A DNA stretch of 64,000 nt from Kiloniellaceae bacterium (GTDB taxonomy: Bacteria; Pseudomonadota; Alphaproteobacteria; Kiloniellales; J153), in NCBI GenBank assembly GCA_021776115.1, contig JAJFGN010000045.1, positions 3,649 through 67,648 of the forward strand, given 5' to 3'. The notes under the pieces are model-generated. The model ran no database searches and was not told the DNA's origin. It was given only the letters and a program-made list of their open reading frames with translations. Positions within the stretch are counted from its first letter, which is position 1. Each line of letters opens with the position of its first letter. The position numbers were made by a program, and so were the translations under genes. Shown here piece by piece: positions 56,609-64,000 of this stretch.

Positions 56609-59362
56609 TCACGCCAGCTTGCCGTGACAATGCTTGTATTTCTTGCCGGTGCCACAGGGGCAGGGGGCGTTGCGCGGCACCTTGCCCCAGGTTGTGGGGT
56701 CTGCCGGGTCGATTTGAGCGGCTGCCTGCCGTGTCGTGGTTGGGCGCGTGGCCGTCGTCACGCCGCCGTGCCCAGGGTCCTCACCGAGAGTGTCGCCGCC
56801 GGATCCGGCCACGGCAAGGGCCGGGTCTTGGCGCGTCTCCTGCATCTTTTGCGATCCCGGTTGCGGCAGGATGGATTCCGGCTCCGCGGCACGCAGTTCC
56901 ACGCGCGCCAACAACATAGTCACTTCGTCGCGCACTTCGGCGAGCATACGCTCAAACAGCTCGAAGGCTTCGCGCTTGTATTCGTTCAGGGGGTCGCGCT
57001 GGGCGTAGGCGCGCAAAACGATGCCATGACGCAGGTGGTCCAGTGACAGAAGATGGTCCTTCCATTGCTTGTCGAGGACCATCAAAAGGATTTGCTTTTC
57101 CAGCGATCGCATGACCGCTTCGCCGTAGTTGGCGGTCTTGGCGGCCATGCGGCGATTGACCTCGCCCGCGATCCGCTCGAGGATTTCTTGATCGGCTATG
57201 CCTTCTTCGGCGATCCACTCCTCAACCGGAAGATCGAGCCCGAAGACCCGCAGGGTTTCGGCATGCAGACCTGGCCCGTCCCACTGCTCGGCATAGGCGC
57301 CCGTCGGGATATGGCGGCCGACTAAATCTTCGATTATTTGCTGGCGCATGTCGACGACCGATTCGTGCACGTCGTTGGCGCGCATCAGATCCTTGCGCTG
57401 CTCGTATATAACCTTGCGCTGGTCGTTCATCACGTCGTCGTACTTGAGCAGATTCTTGCGGATTTCGAAGTTGCGCGCCTCTACCTTCTGCTGTGCTTTT
57501 TCCAACGCCTTGTTGACCCAGGGATGGACGATCGCCTCGCCCTCTTGCAGGCCCAGGCGGCGCAGCATGGTGTCCATGCGCTCCGACCCGAAGATGCGCA
57601 TCAGGTCGTCTTCCAGACTCAGGAAAAACTTGGACGCCCCGGGGTCGCCTTGGCGCCCGCCTCGACCGCGTAGCTGATTGTCGATGCGCCGGCTTTCGTG
57701 GCGTTCCGTTCCGATGATCATCAGTCCGCCGGCGGCAAGCACGACTTCGCGCGCGGCGGCGATCTCCGACTTGATTTGTTCGACCTTTTTCGCGCGCGCG
57801 GCTTCGTCCTCTATGGTGTCGGCCTCCTGCCAAGTGCGCATTTCCAAATTGCCGCCAAGTTGAATGTCGGTGCCCCGCCCCGCCATGTTGGTTGCGATCG
57901 TCACCGCGCCCGGCGTCCCTGTTTGGGCGATGATGTGGGCTTCCTGTTCGTGGTAGCGGGCGTTGAGGACTTGGTGCTTGATCTTGCGTTTTTTCAATTC
58001 GGCCGACAGGGCCTCGGATTTCTCGATCGAGACCGTTCCAACCAGCACCGGCTGCTCTCGCTCCTGGCATTCTTGGACAACCTCGACAATGGCGTCGAAT
58101 TTTTCCCTGGCCGTGCGGTAGACCTCATCGTCGCTGTCGACACGGATGGTCGGCAGGTTGGTCGGTAATTCGATGACCTCCAGCTTGTAGATGTCCAGGA
58201 ATTCGGACGCCTCGGTCATGGCGGTTCCGGTCATGCCGGAAAGCTTGGGATAGAGCCGGAAATAATTCTGGAAGGTGATCGAGGCGAGGGTCTGGTTCTC
58301 TTGTTGAATCGATGCGTCTTCCTTGGCTTCGAGCGCCTGATGCAAGCCTTCGGAGTAGCGTCGGCCTTCCATCATGCGGCCGGTGAACTCGTCGATGATG
58401 ACGACCTTGTTGTCTTTTACGATGTAATCGGTATCGCGCTGAAACAGCTGGTGCGCGCGCAGGGCCTGGTTGACGTGATGGACCAGGTTGACGTTCTCGA
58501 TGTCGTAGAGTGTCCCTTCTCCAAGCAACCCGTCGCTACGCAGCAGTTCTTCCACGCGCTCGGTCCCGGAGTCCGTCAGGGCGACCGTGCGGGCCTTTTC
58601 ATCTTTCTCGTAGTGCTCGGCCTCCAGGCGGGGGATGACCGTATTGATCTTGGTGTACATCTCCGAAGAGTCTTCGGTCGGCCCGGAAATGATGAGCGGT
58701 GTGCGCGCCTCGTCGATCAGGATCGAATCGACTTCGTCGACGATCGCGAAATTGAAATCCCGTTGGACCATGTCCTCGAGCTGAAATTTCATGTTGTCGC
58801 GCAGATAGTCGAAGCCGAACTCGTTGTTGGTGCCATAGGTCACGTCGCAGGCGTAGGCGGCCCGCCGCTCCGCGTCGTTCAGGCCATGCACGATGCACCC
58901 GGCCGACAGTCCCAGGAAGTTGTAGATTTGGCCCATCCACTCGGAATCGCGCTTGGCCAGGTAATCGTTGACGGTGACGACATGGACGCCGCGCCCGGCC
59001 AGGGCATTCAGATAGACGGCTAGGGTCGCCACCAGCGTCTTGCCCTCGCCGGTCTTCATTTCCGAGATCATGCCGTTGTGCAGCACCATCCCGCCCAGAA
59101 GCTGCACATCGAAATGGCGCTGGCCCAAGGTCCTTTTGGCGGCTTCGCGCACGGTCGCGAAGGCTTCGACCAGCATTCCGTCCAGGTCTTCGCCTTTGGC
59201 GGCGCGTTGCCGGAAATCCGAGGTGCGCGCCCGTAGCTCGTCGTCGCTCAGGGCCTCTAGTTCGGGCTCCAGCGCGTTGATCGCCTCAACCGTGGGGTGT
59301 AGGCCCTTGAGGAATCGTTCGTTCGCGGATCCGAACAGCCGCTTTGCCAGCGCGCCGAGCAT
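56609..59362 (-). CDS. secA: Preprotein translocase ATPase SecA
   Basis: [19 protein letters not shown]..., DEAD motor ([33 protein letters not shown]) and the C-terminal zinc finger [14 protein letters not shown]. Confidence 0.97.
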   Translation of the reverse strand: MLGALAKRLFGSANERFLKGLHPTVEAINALEPELEALSDDELRARTSDFRQRAAKGEDLDGMLVEAFATVREAAKRTLGQRHFDVQLLGGMVLHNGMISEMKTGEGKTLVATLAVYLNALAGRGVHVVTVNDYLAKRDSEWMGQIYNFLGLSAGCIVHGLNDAERRAAYACDVTYGTNNEFGFDYLRDNMKFQLEDMVQRDFNFAIVDEVDSILIDEARTPLIISGPTEDSSEMYTKINTVIPRLEAEHYEKDEKARTVALTDSGTERVEELLRSDGLLGEGTLYDIENVNLVHHVNQALRAHQLFQRDTDYIVKDNKVVIIDEFTGRMMEGRRYSEGLHQALEAKEDASIQQENQTLASITFQNYFRLYPKLSGMTGTAMTEASEFLDIYKLEVIELPTNLPTIRVDSDDEVYRTAREKFDAIVEVVQECQEREQPVLVGTVSIEKSEALSAELKKRKIKHQVLNARYHEQEAHIIAQTGTPGAVTIATNMAGRGTDIQLGGNLEMRTWQEADTIEDEAARAKKVEQIKSEIAAAREVVLAAGGLMIIGTERHESRRIDNQLRGRGGRQGDPGASKFFLSLEDDLMRIFGSERMDTMLRRLGLQEGEAIVHPWVNKALEKAQQKVEARNFEIRKNLLKYDDVMNDQRKVIYEQRKDLMRANDVHESVVDMRQQIIEDLVGRHIPTGAYAEQWDGPGLHAETLRVFGLDLPVEEWIAEEGIADQEILERIAGEVNRRMAAKTANYGEAVMRSLEKQILLMVLDKQWKDHLLSLDHLRHGIVLRAYAQRDPLNEYKREAFELFERMLAEVRDEVTMLLARVELRAAEPESILPQPGSQKMQETRQDPALAVAGSGGDTLGEDPGHGGVTTATRPTTTRQAAAQIDPADPTTWGKVPRNAPCPCGTGKKYKHCHGKLA

Positions 59363-59703
59363 GGGTAACCTCGAGGTGGGATAAGGGGCAGGAAAACGCC
59401 AGTTTTCCTAGCCACACATAGGCGTCCCGAAGCGATCTGTCAACGCCACGTCCAGGGGTGCGGCCGGTGGTGGGATATTGGCGCCTGCCACGGCTCAGGC
59501 GCACCGCCAAGCCTGGTGTTTTGACCCCACGGGCCGTTAACCATTGAGTTCAAGGCGCCGGCGCCCGGTCAAGATCGAGAGAGGCGCGTGCAGCCGGACT
59601 TGTGCCGCCGGTTTTGCCGTGCATGATGCGGCCAAACTATGGCTGAGAGCCGCCTAAATGGTCGGCTGGGCCGTGATCGATATATCGATATGAGGAGTTA
59701 CCT

Positions 59704-60588
59704 ATGCCATTTAACCGTCCGATCTTGGCTGCGCTTACCCGGGCCAGCTTCGTGTTGCCCGCGATGACCTTGGCTATCGCTTTAGCAGCGCTCCCCATCG
59801 CCGTGTCGGCCCAAACCGTCGAAGACGATCCGGTTGTGGCTCGCGTCAACGGTGAGGAGATTCGCCGCTCTGCGGTTTTCGAGTTGGTGCAAACCTTGCC
59901 GCCGCAGTATCAGTCGCAGATTGCCCAGATTTACCCACTTTTGGTCCAGCGCTTGGTCGATTTCAAGCTAGCGTATGCCGCCGGTCAGGCGGGGGGCTTG
60001 GCCGACGATCAGGATGTGAAAGATCGTGTGGCAGAGATGGAAAAGCGTGTGATCCGCGAAGTATGGATCGAGCGCGCGGTCGAAGCCTTGGCAACCGACG
60101 ACGCGCTTCAAGGCGGCTATAAGGATTTTGTGGCCGCCAATCCGCCGGCGACCGAGCAGAACGCCCGGCACATCCTCCTGAAGACCGAGGAGGAGGCACG
60201 CGATATCATTGCCAAGCTCGACGGTGGCGGCGATTTCGCGGAACTGGCCAAGGAGCACTCGACGGGACCCTCAGGCCCGCAAGGCGGCGATCTGGGGTAT
60301 TTCACTGACGATCAGATGGTGCCGGAGTTTTCCGCTGTCGCCAGTGCGCTGGAGCCGGGCCAGTACGCCAAGGACCCGGTCCAGACTCAGTTCGGCTGGC
60401 ACGTCATCAAGGTTGAGGACCGGCGCCAGGTCGCGGCCCCCAGCTTTGAGGAAATGGAGCCACAGCTTCGCCAGGAGCTCGCCCGCAAAAACGTGGAAAC
60501 CGTGCTTAAAGATTTGCGGGAATCGGCGGACATCGAGATTACCCCGGCTGGCACAAGCATAGCGCCCAGCGCGGGCGCCACGCAGTAA
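59704..60588 (+). CDS. Periplasmic parvulin-type peptidyl-prolyl isomerase (SurA/PpiD-like)
   Basis: Signal peptide, then the PpiC domain ARHILLKTEEEARDIIAKLDGGGDFAELAKEHSTGPSGPQGGDLGYFTDDQMVPEF...FGWHVIKVEDRR. Confidence 0.85.
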   Translation: MPFNRPILAALTRASFVLPAMTLAIALAALPIAVSAQTVEDDPVVARVNGEEIRRSAVFELVQTLPPQYQSQIAQIYPLLVQRLVDFKLAYAAGQAGGLADDQDVKDRVAEMEKRVIREVWIERAVEALATDDALQGGYKDFVAANPPATEQNARHILLKTEEEARDIIAKLDGGGDFAELAKEHSTGPSGPQGGDLGYFTDDQMVPEFSAVASALEPGQYAKDPVQTQFGWHVIKVEDRRQVAAPSFEEMEPQLRQELARKNVETVLKDLRESADIEITPAGTSIAPSAGATQ

Positions 60589-60612
60589 CCGCTATGGTCT
60601 TGGGGAGGTGAC

Positions 60613-61845
60613 ATGGCGCCGCTAGTTTCGCCCTTGGCGCCCGTCGCCTTTCCTGATCTGCCGGCCGTCGCTGGCGTGCGCTTGGCCACCGCAGCCTGCG
60701 GTGTGCGTTACCGCGAGCGCGACGACGTTTGCCTGATCGAGTTGGCGCCGGGGACCGCGGTGGCCGGGGTTTTGACCCAATCGCGTACGGCCTCGGCGCC
60801 GGTCTTGTGGTGCCGGCGTGCGCTTAAGGGCGGACGCGGCCGGGCCATCGTGGTCAATTCCGGTAACGCCAACGCCTTCACCGGCTCGGTCGGGCTCGCG
60901 TCGGTTCAGCGGGTTGTCCAGACTACGGCCGATCTCCTGGCAGCCAAGAAGACCGAGGTCTATGTCGGCTCTACCGGAGTTATCGGCGAGCGCCTTCCGG
61001 ATGAAAAGATCACGGCAGCCCTGCGTGGGCTCAAGGCCGGCCTCGATGTCGGCGCTTGGCGGGCCGCGGCCGCGGCCATCATGACCACGGACACTTATCC
61101 GAAGGGCGCCACGCGCACGGCGGAAATCGCCGGCGTGCCGGTCACGATCAACGGCATCGCCAAGGGTTCCGGTATGATCGCGCCCGACATGGCGACTATG
61201 CTTTCCTTTGTCGCCACCGACGCCAAGATTCCGGTCAAGACCCTGCAAGCCCTGCTCGCGCGTGGCACGGCGGATAGCTTCAACGCCATTACGGTCGATG
61301 GCGATACCTCGACCAGCGACACGCTGCTGTTATGCGCGAGCGGGCTGGCGAAGCACAAGCGTGTGTCCGGTCCTGGCGATCCGTTACTCAAGGGTTTCCG
61401 TGCGGCGCTGTTCGATCTTTTGCGCGATCTTGCGCACCAAGTCGTGCGCGATGGCGAGGGCGCAAGTAAGTTCGTCACCATCGCTGTCTCCGGCGCCGTG
61501 TCCAAGCGCGCCGCGCGGCGCATCGGTCTGTCGATCGCCAACTCGCCCCTGGTCAAGACCGCGATTGCGGGTGAGGACCCGAACTGGGGCCGCATCGTCA
61601 TGGCCGTGGGCAAGGCGGGAGAGAAGGCGGATCGGGACCGGCTCTCGATCCACATCGGCGGGATCGAGGTCGCGCGCGCGGGCCAAGCCGCGCCAGGATA
61701 CGACGAGACGCCCGTCGCCCGTCACATGAAGGGGCAGGAAATCTCCTTGGAGGTCGATGTCGGCGTTGGCCGCGGTGCCGCGACAGTATGGACTTGCGAT
61801 CTGACCCACGCCTATATCGATATCAATGCCGATTACCGAAGCTGA
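60613..61845 (+). CDS. argJ: Bifunctional glutamate N-acetyltransferase/amino-acid acetyltransferase
   Basis: NSGNANAFTG, the autoprocessing site region GMIAPDMATMLSFVATD and the C-terminus WTCDLTHAYIDINADYRS are canonical ArgJ. Confidence 0.95.
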   Translation: MAPLVSPLAPVAFPDLPAVAGVRLATAACGVRYRERDDVCLIELAPGTAVAGVLTQSRTASAPVLWCRRALKGGRGRAIVVNSGNANAFTGSVGLASVQRVVQTTADLLAAKKTEVYVGSTGVIGERLPDEKITAALRGLKAGLDVGAWRAAAAAIMTTDTYPKGATRTAEIAGVPVTINGIAKGSGMIAPDMATMLSFVATDAKIPVKTLQALLARGTADSFNAITVDGDTSTSDTLLLCASGLAKHKRVSGPGDPLLKGFRAALFDLLRDLAHQVVRDGEGASKFVTIAVSGAVSKRAARRIGLSIANSPLVKTAIAGEDPNWGRIVMAVGKAGEKADRDRLSIHIGGIEVARAGQAAPGYDETPVARHMKGQEISLEVDVGVGRGAATVWTCDLTHAYIDINADYRS

Positions 61846-62305
61846 CACCGCGAGTGACGCCGGCGAAGGCTGCTGGAGCGCGGATACGCGTGCTGTCGGT
61901 GTCGCCCAGCCAATTCTGCTGGTCGGCGCCGTGGCCTTGGTCGATGTCGATGGCCGTGTCCTGTTGGCAAGACGTCCCGAGGGCAAATCCATGGCCGGCC
62001 TGTGGGAGTTTCCCGGCGGCAAGGTCCAGGACGGTGAAACACCGGAGCAGGCCGTGGTGCGCGAACTGCAAGAAGAGCTTGGCATCGACACGCGGCAAAG
62101 CTGCCTGGCGGCGATCGGCTTCGCCTCGCACGCCTATGACGATTTTCACCTGCTCATGCCGCTCTTTGTCTGCCGCACCTGGCGCGGCACGCCGATGGCG
62201 CGCGAGGGGCAGGAGCTTGCCTGGGTTCGTCCCATGCGCCTTGGCGACTACGACATGCCGCCCGCCGACGCGCCGCTTATCCCGTTGTTGCGGGATTTGC
62301 TCTAG
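61826..62305 (+). CDS. mutT: NUDIX hydrolase, MutT-type 8-oxo-dGTP diphosphatase
   Basis: Nudix box GLWEFPGGKVQDGETPEQAVVRELQEELGI. The ATG overlaps the argJ end by 20 nt, so the start is not certain. Confidence 0.8.
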   Translation: MPITEADTASDAGEGCWSADTRAVGVAQPILLVGAVALVDVDGRVLLARRPEGKSMAGLWEFPGGKVQDGETPEQAVVRELQEELGIDTRQSCLAAIGFASHAYDDFHLLMPLFVCRTWRGTPMAREGQELAWVRPMRLGDYDMPPADAPLIPLLRDLL

Positions 62306-62316
62306 CTAAGCCGGAT

Positions 62317-62775
62317 CTATTCCAGCACTTTCGGCCAGTTCTTGTCGCCTTGGGCGATGTTGCCGGGAATGTTCTGCGCCCAGCGCGTTTGAACGCTCTT
62401 GCTGTAGTTCAGGTAGAGCTTCCCGTCCACGATCCGCCAGGCCTCGGGATCGGTCGAGGCCGTATAGCCCTGGGACACCGCCCAAGCGCAATAGCCTCCG
62501 TATTGCGGGGCATAGGTTTCCGGGTCGGCCTTGAAGGTGTCGAGGTTGCTCTGGCTCGCGAAGCGCCAAGTGGCGCCGTTCCATTCAAATTCGAAGTCGT
62601 CGCTGCCTTCAATGGGCTTACCCTCGACGAAATAGGCGACGGCGTCGTAGCCGCTGACCGCCAGGCTGCTGAAGGTGCCGGTATAGACAGGGTCCTTGGC
62701 GGCAAAGGCGGCCGGTGAGTGGAAGACCAATGCGGCGGGCAGCAATGCGGCAATGAGCAAGCGTCGAATCGACAT
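62317..62775 (-). CDS. YHS domain-containing periplasmic protein (Cys form of the YHS (seleno)protein family)
   Basis: Signal peptide MSIRRLLIAALLPAALVFHSPAAFA, tandem YHS-like halves (GYDAVAYFVEGKP..., YGGYCAWAVSQG). Confidence 0.8.
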   Translation of the reverse strand: MSIRRLLIAALLPAALVFHSPAAFAAKDPVYTGTFSSLAVSGYDAVAYFVEGKPIEGSDDFEFEWNGATWRFASQSNLDTFKADPETYAPQYGGYCAWAVSQGYTASTDPEAWRIVDGKLYLNYSKSVQTRWAQNIPGNIAQGDKNWPKVLE

Positions 62776-62896
62776 GGCGGCGGTTCCCGATTCAATGAGG
62801 ATTCAAGTATTCTATGCAGGAGATTGTCCCAAAGTTGTCCCAGCGAAAGAGGGCCGCAATCACATTTTAGTGAGACTGATGCGCTCCGAGATCATC

Positions 62897-63547
62897 TTAT
62901 CGGCCGCTGGTGCTTCTATAACCAGGGCTGAGCAAACCCAGCTGGCTTGCCCGCATTTCAAGTTCACCGAACCCTTGAGCTTGGTACGCAAAAAGCCCTG
63001 CCTCTCGGGCACCCTCGATATTTTCCGCTCCATCGTCGAAAAAGATAATCTCGGAAGGATCGCAACCCAAATCCTGGACGACGAAGGCAAAGACTTCCCA
63101 ATTTGGCTTCGCCTTTCCGATCAGGTGAGAAGCGTAATGTTTATCGAGGGATTTGCGTAACCCGCCCTCGTCGAGCATGGTGCGCCAATGTAATTCGTTC
63201 GTGTTGCTCAAACACGCTAGGATAAATCTCTCGCGAAGATCCGACAAAAGATCCTCGACGCCCGGAAAGGGTGGTTTGATCCAACTTCGAAACATTTCCA
63301 GAAACGTGTCGGGGTCAAGCGCGAGGCCCCACTCTTCGACGAAGGTCCTGGCAAATTCCCCGGGTGAACAGCCTCCTCGTTCAAACTGAATTATCGCGTC
63401 CGATGCGATCCAGCGGTTTCTGATTTCGCCGGGGGCCGGATCGTTCTGCAGCAGCTTTCCAACCCCTTGCAAGCCAATGAAGTTGATAAGGACGCCACCT
63501 AAATCGAACAAGATAACCTTAGGTTTTTCTAGCAGGCGGTGGTTCAT
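62897..63547 (-). CDS. HAD family hydrolase (subfamily IA-like)
   Basis: Motif I VILFDLGGVL, motif II CLSNTN, and motifs III/IV KAKPNWE...IIFFDDGAENI. The gene is visibly less GC-rich than its neighbours. Start at 63547 or 63559. Confidence 0.8.
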   Translation of the reverse strand: MNHRLLEKPKVILFDLGGVLINFIGLQGVGKLLQNDPAPGEIRNRWIASDAIIQFERGGCSPGEFARTFVEEWGLALDPDTFLEMFRSWIKPPFPGVEDLLSDLRERFILACLSNTNELHWRTMLDEGGLRKSLDKHYASHLIGKAKPNWEVFAFVVQDLGCDPSEIIFFDDGAENIEGAREAGLFAYQAQGFGELEMRASQLGLLSPGYRSTSGR

Positions 63548-64000
63548 ATGCGCCTCCATCCGAACCGGCTTTTTCGCCTGCAGACCGCTCTGCGGCTCCC
63601 AAGGCTTCGGCGAGGCTGGATTGCGCGCTGCCCGGCCTGAGCGCTTGGGGTTGGTCCGGGGCGGGGGCCCAGGCGGTTAGGTAGATGACTTCGAAAGTTG
63701 CGGGCAGGCGGCCATCGGTGGCCGCAAATTTCTCTTCGTAGATCGCCGCCGCGCGCAGCAAAGTGGCTCGGCGCGACGCGGTCCTGCGCCGGGTATGTAC
63801 GGCGTTGGTCTCGCCCATACCGCGCAGATCTCGCATGAGGGCGAGCGCGTTGGGATAGGTCACGGGGATGGTGTCCTTGTCGACCAACGGCAAGGCGAAT
63901 CCGGCGCGCTGCAGCAAGCCGCCGGCGTCGCGCACTTCGGCAAAAGGCGAGACACGAGGGCTGGCGCCGTCTTCCTCGGCGATTTCCGCTTCCATCAGGG
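63519..64000 (-). CDS. SAM-dependent methyltransferase, C-terminal part (5-prime end off window)
   Basis: The frame is open to the window edge. SPRVSPFAEVRDAGGLLQRAGFALPLVDKDTIPVTYPNALALMRDLRGMGETNA...ATFEVIYLTAWAP matches the C-terminal region of the alphaproteobacterial BioC/NDUFAF5-like methyltransferases as I recall them. Confidence 0.65.
   Translation of the reverse strand, partial: LMEAEIAEEDGASPRVSPFAEVRDAGGLLQRAGFALPLVDKDTIPVTYPNALALMRDLRGMGETNAVHTRRRTASRRATLLRAAAIYEEKFAATDGRLPATFEVIYLTAWAPAPDQPQALRPGSAQSSLAEALGAAERSAGEKAGSDGGAYEPPPARKT

Noticed and set aside
1-64000. Window-wide scan by eye for tRNA/rRNA genes, CRISPR repeats, IS/transposase genes, integrases, toxin-antitoxin pairs and defence genes.
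   Set aside because: None were recognised. Every intergenic gap over 100 bp was read and none shows tRNA-like cloverleaf sequence, regularly spaced repeats or terminal inverted repeats. A tRNAscan/Infernal run would be needed to be definitive.

Overview
This is a GC-rich chromosomal segment (about two-thirds G+C by eye). Its gene content and synteny look alphaproteobacterial: mipZ, SPOR proteins, a cobS-cobT-J-domain-bolA block, aroK-aroB next to xerD, argJ-mutT and secA. I can support about 58 protein-coding genes, one TPP riboswitch, one clear intrinsic terminator and two in-frame tandem repeats. I found no rRNA, tRNA, CRISPR array, transposase/IS, prophage or defence-type genes; the only recombinase is housekeeping xerD. 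Most of the window is core metabolism and envelope or cell-division housekeeping: purD, xseA, a lipid A block (lpxK plus two acyltransferases and msbA), pmbA, the scpA/meaB B12 mutase system, rpmB, cobST, aroKB, accA, secA and argJ. The many long antisense or alternate-frame ORFs in the track are the usual high-GC artefacts. I see no unambiguous novel system. The best candidates for uncharacterised biology are: (1) divergent hyuA-hyuB-GST and split-TPP-decarboxylase/FAD-oxidoreductase operons (44.0-51.3 kb); (2) an orphan ParA-like ATPase translationally coupled to a bitopic SPOR protein, tail-to-tail with a mipZ operon that includes an unknown gene (1-3.7 kb); (3) an Atm1-type ABC transporter and a small acidic ORF inserted between methylmalonyl-CoA mutase and its MeaB chaperone (21.3-26.7 kb). 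Smaller observations are an AT-rich island carrying a Shine-Dalgarno-led mini-ORF, phased direct repeats with clustered GANTC sites upstream of a YHS-domain gene, and a probably degenerate EAL protein. All functional calls rest on my reading of the translated motifs. No database search was run.
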